DNA of 32,000 nucleotides from Vibrio alginolyticus NBRC 15630 = ATCC 17749 (GTDB lineage Bacteria; Pseudomonadota; Gammaproteobacteria; Enterobacterales; Vibrionaceae): NCBI RefSeq assembly GCF_000354175.2, contig NC_022359.1, positions 930,001 to 962,000 of the forward strand, read 5' to 3'. Shown piece by piece: positions 19,001 to 25,528 of this stretch (position 1 is its first letter; each line of letters starts with the position of its first letter). The notes under the pieces were generated by a model. It saw only the letters and a program-made list of their open reading frames with translations, ran no database searches and was not told where the DNA came from. The position numbers and the translations under genes were made by a program.

Positions 19001-19803
19001 TGACCTATACCCCTACCTCAGGGTTTGAAGGCAATGATGTGTTGACATATATCATTCAGGATAGCCAAGGCCTGCAAGACGCGGGGAAAGTTATAGTGAC
19101 CGTTAAGTTGGTAAGAGATGTAAAGGTTGAAAATACTTCAGCAGGATCATTGGGTGGCATGGTGTTGATGCTTTTGATTTTGTTAGGAGCCATGCAACGT
19201 TATGGAAGAAACAGTGCTCTAGCACTAATTGCTGTGTTTAGTTTTAGTAGTCAAGCGGGCTGGTATGTTGATGTTCAAATGGGGTCAAGCCATGCAGATG
19301 AGCGTGATGCTGTTAAAGGTGATAACGTAATCTCTACTGACAACACCGGGTTCTATCGCTCTGTCGGGTTGGGATATACTTTTTCTGATCAATGGTCTGG
19401 AACTATTCGTTATATTGATATGGGTGAAGGTAGTGCTACATTGCGTAGTGCTACTACTTCACCAGAAGACTATCACGCCAATGTCGCATCTATAGCCCCA
19501 CTCCTTGTTAAGGGCATGGGCTTCGACATCGGTTATAAGTTCTGGCAATACAATTCATGGTCCGCAAAACTGAGTTTGGGGGGCTTGTTCTGGGATACCG
19601 ATATTGAAAGTACGTATCAAGGCAGCAAGATAACGACGGAAGTGGATGGTTTTGATGGATATATTGGTGCAGAAGTTGGCTACAACCTCTCAGATAATTG
19701 GGAGATCGGTATCCAAGGCGCTCGTTATTTTTTACATGAAAATGATGTTGATATAATTGCGGTACAACTTCGTTATTTTTTTGAGCCGTTAATAGCGTAT
19801 TAA
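11674..19803 (+). CDS. adhesin main body (frame open from 11638; GTG 11674 is only the track's nominal start)
   Basis: 2709-aa ORF. Domain order: 312-bp Ig-like repeats; 294-bp repeats; cadherin-like/VCBS-type modules (~14260-15960: DD.F.T.ED....F.LL.NDSD..., FTYTV.D, VNDAPVA); three He_PIG/dystroglycan-cadherin-like modules (~15975-16810); HYR-like (~17095-17322); Calx-beta-like (~17323-17630); PKD-like (~17640-17940); TSP3-like Asp-rich Ca site (17962-18060); [19 protein letters not shown] motif (18487-18543); two more cadherin-like modules; then a hydrophobic hairpin and a beta-barrel. Confidence 0.85.
13081..13962 (+). repeat. 3 tandem copies of a 294-bp (98-aa) Ig-like coding repeat
   Basis: Units start at 13081, 13375 and 13669. 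Unit: P[ST]V[ST][IL][ST]S..L.L...ETA[ST][IL]TFTLSE[AS]..DF[ST]E[AS]D[IV]TV.GG[ST]LS.FAGS...YTATFTP..[ED]S......I.VA...F.DA[AS]GN.N.AA..L.I.VD. More diverged than the 312-bp family. Confidence 0.9.
19192..19803 (+). other. in-frame nested unit: Met + signal-peptide-like segment + ~180-aa OmpA/OmpX-like beta-barrel domain at the adhesin C-terminus
   Basis: [22 protein letters not shown]|GWYVDVQMG... has a basic n-region, a hydrophobic core and an SQA|G cleavage motif (predicted cut after nt 19257). Alternating amphipathic strands follow ([60 protein letters not shown]). The terminal strand AVQLRYFF has the OMP-typical C-terminal aromatic residue shortly before the stop. AGGAG at 19185-19189 is only 2 nt from ATG 19192. 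Confidence 0.6.
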
Positions 19804-20010
19804 CCTAGGGTTTGGTATTTTTCGATAATTTGTATCCTAAGCGATCATGAAGCGATATGGTAAATTACTGGAGATTAATGTCGTGATTGTGATCTTTATT
19901 ATATAGGTCAATACTCTATAACAAATCCTTAATTACCTTGAAGTCTTTTCTTCTTTAACATCTAGCGAAAGATAGTGTTTTGATAGAGTGTTAAGCAGAA
20001 CTTACTGTTC

Positions 20011-20226
20011 GATATTAGAAAAATAAGGTTCATTGAATGCTCGATGTGAACTTAAAAGAAGATGATTTACGCAATAGGGTTGCTGGTAGTGCTGCAAATG
20101 TCAGCGTGATACGTCGCTTTACTTTGAACCTAGTACGTTTACAGTCGAAGAAATATAGTGTTGGGGCTGAAGCCAAACCAAGCGTGTCAGAGCGACACAG
20201 TTCGTATTGAACCCTTATTGGGTTGA
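20011..20226 (+). mobile_element. degraded 3' remnant of an ISAs1-family (H-repeat / IS1358-like) transposase gene
   Basis: The 57-codon ORF 20037..20210 (too short for the track) reads MLDVNLKEDDLRNRVAGSAANVSVIRRFTLNLVRLQSKK.... This fits the conserved ISAs1 C-terminal block HW.LDV.F.ED..R.R...AA.N.A.[IL]R..AL.NL[LV]. Just upstream, FIE (cf. IEN.LHW) is followed by an apparent deletion and a stop. No N-terminal part, DD residues or inverted repeats are present. Boundaries are approximate. Confidence 0.55.
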
Positions 20227-20312
20227 AAAGCGTTCCACGCTGGCTGTCGCCCTGATGCTGATAACTGCGACGATAAATTGATACCGAGCAAAACGATAAT
20301 TTTATATCTGTT

Positions 20313-21716
20313 TTAATCCAATATTGATTGAATAATATCAAATGCTTTTTCTATTTTTTGGGTAGGAATAATGCCAAATCCAAATAAGAGGGCATTAGAA
20401 TGATTGTTGATAGAAAAATGCGATGATGGGTAAACCGCTACATTTGATGAAGCAAATTTATTCATCATTTGTGTCGCGCATCCCGATACTTCAGCTGCTA
20501 TATGCAATCCACCTTGGCTTGGAATACGTTGTAAGCAATCTATGTTGTCAATTAATTGAGTTAGCTTATTATACCTTTCGCTGTAGATTTTATTCATATT
20601 GAGTAAATGGTGAGAGAAATGACCGTCACGCATGAATTCGTCAAGTAGGATTTGAGACACTACAGATGTACTTCTTCCCAAGTGCCATAACATATTTGAA
20701 ATTGGCTCTATTAAAGACTTTGGCGGAATCATATAGCCAATGCGTATGCCGGGAAATAGTATTTTAGAGAAACTGCCTATCATAACGACGCAGTCATTTT
20801 TGTCTTGTGACTTGAGAGCTTTCTTACTGGTATTGAGATAGTGATATTCCGAATCATAATCATCTTCGATAATGATTGCGTTATTAACTTCTGCCCATCT
20901 CAGCAGTTCTAACTTCCTGTCAGCTGAGTAGCTAAAGCCTAAAGGGAACTGATGACTAGGCGTTGTATAAATAATTTTGGCATTAGAAGCGATTGATTCA
21001 ACGACAACACCTTGGTCGTCCATCGGCACGGAGCCTATTTGCGCGCCAAGTAATCGAGCTTGATTTCGAAAAACAGGATATCCTGGATCTTCCGTCGACA
21101 CGAGATCCCCGGGAGAGAGTAATGTAAGGAGAGTCGTCATTATTGCCTGCTGGCACCCTTGAGTAATGATGATGTCTTCAGGGTCACAGATTACGCCTCT
21201 CGAGTGTCTCACATACTCGCAGATAGACTCTCGTAAACAAGCTAACCCTTGTAAATCACCGCCATGTGCAAACTCTGGAGTTAATGCATTGAGCCTACTC
21301 AGTCTTGAGTGTCGCCAAATATGCTTTGCTATTCTCTGATGATCAGGAACGCCTAAAGTGAAGTCATAGTCTAGATTCTTTGGTGCGATGATCTCTGGCT
21401 TCTTCGATGCGTTAGTGCCAAACACCCCTAGTTGGTAGTGTTTTATTGGTCTCTTATCTTGATTCACCGTTTGTTCTAGAGCATTACTTACGTACGTGCC
21501 AGATCCTGCCTTTTTTACTATCCACCCCTCGAACTGAAGTCGCTCATACACCGAAATGACAGTGTTTCTTGCTATGCCTAACTTTTTCGACAGCATGCGG
21601 GTTGACGGTAATCTCTCATTTGATCGTAATCTGCCTTCTAATATCCCTTGGTATATCTCGGAGTAAAGTTGTTGGCTGGTGACTTTTCCAGTTTCGAAGT
21701 GTAGTGAAAATGGCAT
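20313..21716 (-). CDS. MocR-subfamily regulator (GntR-type wHTH fused to a PLP-dependent aminotransferase-fold domain; GabR/PdxR-like)
   Basis: 467-aa ORF. N-terminal GntR HTH: LYSEIYQGILEGRLRSNERLPSTRMLSKKLGIARNTVISVYERLQFEGWIVKKAGSGTYV. C-terminal fold-type I aminotransferase domain with the PLP-Lys motif GSFSKILFPGIRIGYM. Confidence 0.9.
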   Translation of the reverse strand: MPFSLHFETGKVTSQQLYSEIYQGILEGRLRSNERLPSTRMLSKKLGIARNTVISVYERLQFEGWIVKKAGSGTYVSNALEQTVNQDKRPIKHYQLGVFGTNASKKPEIIAPKNLDYDFTLGVPDHQRIAKHIWRHSRLSRLNALTPEFAHGGDLQGLACLRESICEYVRHSRGVICDPEDIIITQGCQQAIMTTLLTLLSPGDLVSTEDPGYPVFRNQARLLGAQIGSVPMDDQGVVVESIASNAKIIYTTPSHQFPLGFSYSADRKLELLRWAEVNNAIIIEDDYDSEYHYLNTSKKALKSQDKNDCVVMIGSFSKILFPGIRIGYMIPPKSLIEPISNMLWHLGRSTSVVSQILLDEFMRDGHFSHHLLNMNKIYSERYNKLTQLIDNIDCLQRIPSQGGLHIAAEVSGCATQMMNKFASSNVAVYPSSHFSINNHSNALLFGFGIIPTQKIEKAFDIIQSILD

Positions 21717-21772
21717 CGTTTTCTCTGTAGACGTTGAAAAGTGGTTCTAAAGCGTTGTGAGGATGTGGATCT

Positions 21773-21804
21773 GTATATACCAAGTATATCTACCTAGTAT
21801 ACCG
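21773..21804. promoter_or_regulatory. three direct GTATA..ACC repeats upstream of the MocR gene (candidate MocR operator)
   Basis: tGTATATACCaaGTATATCTACCtaGTATACCg has repeat starts at 21773, 21784 and 21797 (11 and 13 bp apart). ATACCA at 21777-21782 and ATACCG at 21799-21804. B. subtilis GabR is known to bind ATACCA direct repeats. The site lies ~60-90 bp upstream of the MocR start (21716), inside the 360-bp divergent region shared with ampC. Confidence 0.35.
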
Positions 21805-22076
21805 TTATCGTGATATGGAGAAAGCGTAATTGAGTACACTATTTCCCCATTTTGGAAACGGATGTTACTTACATTCGTATCTAACCGGCCTACCTATCAA
21901 CGGTGATCAGGTTTAGACCTGTTTATATCGCACTAAAAATTTGAAGACACAGTGTTATTCATCGAGGGTTAACGATTGGAGTTCTTCAAGTCAGGATTAC
22001 TTTTATATAAAAAGTTAAAAGCCTTGGAATAAACTAGAAATTAATTATAAGTTAAAATTAAAAAATTGAGGGTTCA

Positions 22077-23228
22077 ATGAAGTTAAACAATGCCTTGCTG
22101 GCCATTTTATCGCTCACTTCTTTCGTCACGTTTGCGAAAACGGAGTTAACGGTTAGCAGTCAATTAAAGAGCGTAGTTGATGAATGCGCTAAAGGATTAA
22201 TCAACGAATACGACATTCCGGGGTTGGCTGTTGCAGTAACGATTGATGGTAAACGTTATTTTTATAATTACGGTTTGGCTGACGTAAGTAAGGGGAGTTT
22301 AGTCACCAACGACACAATTTTTGAACTCGGCTCTATCAGTAAAACTTTTGCTGCTACTTTGACTGGGTACGCCCAAGAAAAAGGTAAGCTAAACATGGAT
22401 GACAAGGTCAAAGATTATATTCCAGAATTAGAGAATAGTGCTCTGGGTAATACCAAGCTAGTTAATGTCGCCACCTACACTGCAGGTGGTCTACCATTGC
22501 AATTCCCTAGCGAAGTAACGAACGACGCTGAAATGATGCAGTACTACAAAACGTGGAAACCGGAGTACGAAGCCGGTACTAAGAGGAAGTACTCAAACCC
22601 TAGTATTGGTCTATTTGGCTACATCGGTGCCTTGAGTATGAAGTCAGACTATACGGAAATGATGGAAACCGTCATCCTGCCTGAGCTCGGTATGACCAAT
22701 ACCTTTGTCGATGTACCAAAGGATAAGCTTAATAACTATGCTTTTGGTTATAGTTCTGAGGGAAACCCCGTTAGAGTTAATCCAGGTATTCTTGATGCGC
22801 AAGCCTATGGTATTAAATCAACGAGCTCAGATATGCTTCAATATATCGAAGCAAATATGGGGCAAGCGCAACTGAATAATGATATGGAGAATGCGCTAGA
22901 GCAAACTCACATTAAGTATTTTAATACCGATACATTTACGCAAGCAGTAGGGTGGGAAGGTTATGATTATCCCGTCTCACTTTCACAATTATTGAAAGGT
23001 AACTCCAGCGACGTAATTCTCAACGCTAAACCGGTTCAAGCAAGTGAATCCGGTACTCTCGGTCGAGACATTTGGTATAACAAAACGGGCTCAACAGGTG
23101 GCTTTGGGGCATATGTCGCGTATGTACCCTCTGAAAAAATAGGCATAGTGATTCTGGCGAATAAAAACTACCCTAATGCAGAAAGAGTAGAGGCTGCTTA
23201 CCATATTATTAGCTCAGTGGTGAAGTAA
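22077..23228 (+). CDS. ampC: class C (AmpC-type) serine beta-lactamase, exported
   Basis: 383-aa ORF with GAGGG RBS. Signal peptide MKLNNALLAILSLTSFVTFA|K. All three class C boxes are present: S-x-x-K in FELGSISKTFAATL, Y-x-N in KYSNPSIGLFGY, and K-T-G in YNKTGSTGGFGAYVAYVP. Confidence 0.92.
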   Translation: MKLNNALLAILSLTSFVTFAKTELTVSSQLKSVVDECAKGLINEYDIPGLAVAVTIDGKRYFYNYGLADVSKGSLVTNDTIFELGSISKTFAATLTGYAQEKGKLNMDDKVKDYIPELENSALGNTKLVNVATYTAGGLPLQFPSEVTNDAEMMQYYKTWKPEYEAGTKRKYSNPSIGLFGYIGALSMKSDYTEMMETVILPELGMTNTFVDVPKDKLNNYAFGYSSEGNPVRVNPGILDAQAYGIKSTSSDMLQYIEANMGQAQLNNDMENALEQTHIKYFNTDTFTQAVGWEGYDYPVSLSQLLKGNSSDVILNAKPVQASESGTLGRDIWYNKTGSTGGFGAYVAYVPSEKIGIVILANKNYPNAERVEAAYHIISSVVK

Positions 23229-23270
23229 ATTTTAGTGGTAATAGGCACTACGTAATTATTAGAGCTTATT

Positions 23271-23308
23271 TAGATACATACTATCTACAGTGTTTTATTA
23301 GATAGTAT
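23271..23308. promoter_or_regulatory. three TAGATA half-sites between ampC and the acetyltransferase gene (operator or weak AU-rich terminator hairpin)
   Basis: TAGATA (23271-76) N5 TATCTA (23282-87) N11 TAGATA (23299-304). The larger perfect 10-bp inverted repeat ATACTATCTA (23278-87) / TAGATAGTAT (23299-308) has an 11-nt loop. It ends 5 nt before the AGGAG RBS of the XAT gene. Confidence 0.3.
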
Positions 23309-23322
23309 TTATAGGAGTATTC

Positions 23323-23961
23323 ATGAAAACTAAGCATTGGTCTAAGGTGACTTTGCTACATGAAGTTGTTACGAACCCAAATATAACGATTAAAGGTAAA
23401 CATAGTTATTACAGTGATTGTTGGGACGCCGGTTTTGAAGAGTCTGTTGTAAGATATCTACAAGGCGATGAGTTCAGCCGAGATTGGGAACCAAAATGGA
23501 AGATTGATAAGTTACATATAGGTGACTTTGTCTGTATTGCAGCGGAAGTTGTCATTGTTATGGGGGGAAACAGTACACATAGAGCTGATTGGTTCTCCTT
23601 GTACCCATTTATGGACTCTATTGAAGAAGCGTACGTCGGGAAAGGAGATACTCATATTGGCGATGGCGCCTGGCTCGGTATGCGATCCATGATAATGCCG
23701 GGTGTGACTATCGGAGAAGGAGCAATCGTTGCGGCAAACAGTGTGGTGACGAAAGATGTTGAGCCTTACAGCATGGTTGCGGGGTCACCAGCTAAGCATG
23801 TCAAATATCGCTTTTCTCGAGAGACGATAGACGAACTGCTTGCTCTTAGGATATATGATTGGCCTGATAAGAAAATCGACAGCCTGAAGAGATTTTTATG
23901 TTCAGACGATTTAGAAGGGCTGAGAAAGGCAAGCGCTGAATATGATAGAAACCACTCATAA
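23323..23961 (+). CDS. xenobiotic acyltransferase (XAT) family hexapeptide-repeat acetyltransferase, CatB/Vat-like (chloramphenicol or streptogramin A O-acetyltransferase type)
   Basis: 212-aa ORF with AGGAG RBS. NPNITIKGKHSYYS start, catalytic-His region GGNSTHRADWFSLYPF, and left-handed beta-helix repeats GDTHIGDGAWLGMRSMIMPGVTIGEGAIVAANSVVTKDVEPYSMVAGSPAKHVKYRF. The tail IDELLALRIYDWPDKKI is typical of XAT enzymes. Sequence alone cannot decide between the Vat and CatB subtypes. Confidence 0.85.
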   Translation: MKTKHWSKVTLLHEVVTNPNITIKGKHSYYSDCWDAGFEESVVRYLQGDEFSRDWEPKWKIDKLHIGDFVCIAAEVVIVMGGNSTHRADWFSLYPFMDSIEEAYVGKGDTHIGDGAWLGMRSMIMPGVTIGEGAIVAANSVVTKDVEPYSMVAGSPAKHVKYRFSRETIDELLALRIYDWPDKKIDSLKRFLCSDDLEGLRKASAEYDRNHS

Positions 23962-24174
23962 TCGTGACAGCGTCACTGTTTAGAAAGTAAGAAAGAGGTA
24001 TTGTTGGGCCTCTTTGTATTAGATATCTAGCCAATACAATGAGTAATCATTTTATTCTTTTATTGATCTTTTACGTGAACATGATAGGGCGCGTACCATT
24101 TGCGTTCAAGAACAAGAGGACAACGTGTTTGGTTAAGGGGAAACCGATGGAATATCGGGAAATTATAATCATTA

Positions 24175-24199
24175 AGAGCCGCATGTGGCGGCTCTTTTT
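24175..24199 (+). terminator. canonical rho-independent terminator with no obvious gene of its own
   Basis: AGAGCCGC (24175-82), loop ATGTG, GCGGCTCT (24188-95) running into TTTTT (24195-99). This is the plus-strand orientation; the minus-strand reading lacks a U-tract. It lies 214 nt after the XAT stop. Confidence 0.55.
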
Positions 24200-24300
24200 G
24201 ATCCTGAAATTGGTTAGTGGCGACAGACTACGAAGCGCTCAGAAGGTTACGAGGACTCGCTTCAGATAAATGAAGAAAGAGCGAATCGAAGTGGCTGTTG

Positions 24301-25275
24301 TTACCTATTTGACTGCTCATACCGTTGCCATTCCGCTGTTAACTCTGCTTTTTCTTTTCTCGCTGCAATCAGCATTTCTATATTTACGTCAGTGTTTGGG
24401 TGCCTTTGAATGTATCGCTCGTAATCAACCGGAACACCATTGATGTGCAGTTCAAGATGTAAATGCGGCCCTGTTGTTCTTCCTGTGTTACCCGTTTTCC
24501 CTATCACTTGTCCTCGGCTGATCTTCTCTCCAACATGGACGTTGCGCTGAGATAAGTGTAGGTAGCGTGATACAGAGCCATTTGTGTGGCGGATATTAAT
24601 GTAGTTGCCTGCAAAACGGTTGTAGCGGGACTTTAAAACGATGCCATCAGCAATACTACGAATCGGTGTACCTACAGGTGTGGCATAATCAGTGCCTAAG
24701 TGCGGAGTCGTTATATTGGTCACTGGATGTGTTCGCTTTAAGTCATAGTCAGAGCTCACTCTGTAGTTTTTATCAAAGGGTGAAGAAAACATGAACTGAT
24801 TATTTATCGACACACCATGCTCATCAAATACGTTACCGTGACCATCATTGATAATAAATAAATCAGTTTTACTGCCTAAATAGTAAAAAGAACTAATGTA
24901 AGTTTCATTTTTACTATTTAATTTAGTTCTTAAGATAAAGTTATCACCTCTTTTAATAGAGTCAATAATATTAAACTTGCTTTTGATAAGTGCTAATAGC
25001 AAGTTGATCTCTTTTTGACTCACTCCTGATTTTAATAATGAAGCGACAAAAGAGTATTCAACAACACCGGTAGTGATTTTTTGCCTACGAGTCTTCTTTT
25101 TAATTGATGGCTGCACATTCTCACTTTCGAATTCTAAAGGCTTGATGGTAGGTAGCCTATCCACAGGAGTGAGGAAGTAGTGAGAAAGCGATACGCTAAT
25201 CAATATGATTAACGCAGTAGTGATAAGGGCTACGGTAGGAGCTTGCACACTCCTTTTTATTATTAAAATAGTCAT
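24301..25275 (-). CDS. membrane-anchored M23 (LytM-type) metallo-endopeptidase, MepM/YebA-like
   Basis: 324-aa ORF. N-terminal transmembrane anchor APTVALITTALIILISVSL. M23 zinc motifs HxxxD (HLGTDYATPVGTPI) and HxH (GPHLHLELHINGVPVD). Intervening GNYINIRHTNGSVSRYLHLS...GQVIGKTGNTGRTTG. Confidence 0.9.
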   Translation of the reverse strand: MTILIIKRSVQAPTVALITTALIILISVSLSHYFLTPVDRLPTIKPLEFESENVQPSIKKKTRRQKITTGVVEYSFVASLLKSGVSQKEINLLLALIKSKFNIIDSIKRGDNFILRTKLNSKNETYISSFYYLGSKTDLFIINDGHGNVFDEHGVSINNQFMFSSPFDKNYRVSSDYDLKRTHPVTNITTPHLGTDYATPVGTPIRSIADGIVLKSRYNRFAGNYINIRHTNGSVSRYLHLSQRNVHVGEKISRGQVIGKTGNTGRTTGPHLHLELHINGVPVDYERYIQRHPNTDVNIEMLIAARKEKAELTAEWQRYEQSNR

Positions 25276-25471
25276 TAGTTTTGTTGGTTTATCAATACTG
25301 ACAGTTGTGCGTAGAGTATAATATTTTAAATAAAAACTAGCATTAAAGCATGAGTAATTCCTCTGTTTTAACTAAGTTAATAATTATAGGATGTAAAAAT
25401 AATTTTAATAATTCAGTCAAAGTGACGGTTGGCTTGGTGTTTATGCCTATTTTGTTGGTGTTAATGTCACG

Positions 25472-25499
25472 TTGAGAAAATATTTTTCAATAATATAAT
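25472..25499 (+). promoter_or_regulatory. candidate sigma-70 promoter for the giant lipoprotein gene
   Basis: TTGAGA (25472-77), 16-nt spacer, TATAAT (25494-99), about 30 nt upstream of ATG 25529. The context is AT-rich, so specificity is low. Confidence 0.3.
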
Positions 25500-25528
25500 C
25501 TCGGGAAAATATATTTTGCCAAATTACT

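Larger units (their letters stand above)
10170..19803 (+). pseudogene. giant (~3,210-codon) Ig-like/cadherin-like repeat adhesin gene interrupted by a 1-nt insertion at 11646
   Basis: The two track ORFs (10170..11654 and 11674..19803) form one gene. ORF1 stops inside repeat copy 1 (…[11 protein letters not shown]). All paralogous copies read …[25 protein letters not shown], which is exactly what ORF2 encodes from 11647 onward. Copy 1 has ATCACGAGACAATAAC where copies 2-5 have ATCACGGA[CT]AA[CT]AAC. Confidence 0.8.

Noticed and set aside
19847-19906. 19-codon ORF MKRYGKLLEINVVIVIFII* resembling a type I toxin-like hydrophobic peptide
   Set aside because: No Shine-Dalgarno sequence, no flanking antisense-RNA features that I can see, and the region is AT-rich, where such ORFs arise by chance. 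It is too short to support.
20030-20341. 103-aa minus-strand ORF between the adhesin and MocR genes
   Set aside because: It lies antisense to the ISAs1 transposase remnant, whose plus-strand reading carries the recognisable family motif. It also overlaps the 3' end of the MocR gene.
24039-24269. 76-aa plus-strand ORF, with a nested 40-codon ORF from ATG 24147 that has an AAGGGG SD
   Set aside because: The reading frame runs straight through the strong terminator hairpin (…SRMWRLF…). Its sequence is basic and low-complexity, with no homology signal. It is more likely a non-coding 3' UTR or sRNA region.
23229-24300. XAT acetyltransferase as an integron gene cassette (catB-type cassettes occur in Vibrio superintegrons)
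   Set aside because: I found no attC/VCR-like imperfect inverted repeat with RYYYAAC...GTTRRRY cores on either side of the gene. The GTTAGTG at ~24213 does not fit the core, and no intI or neighbouring cassettes are present.
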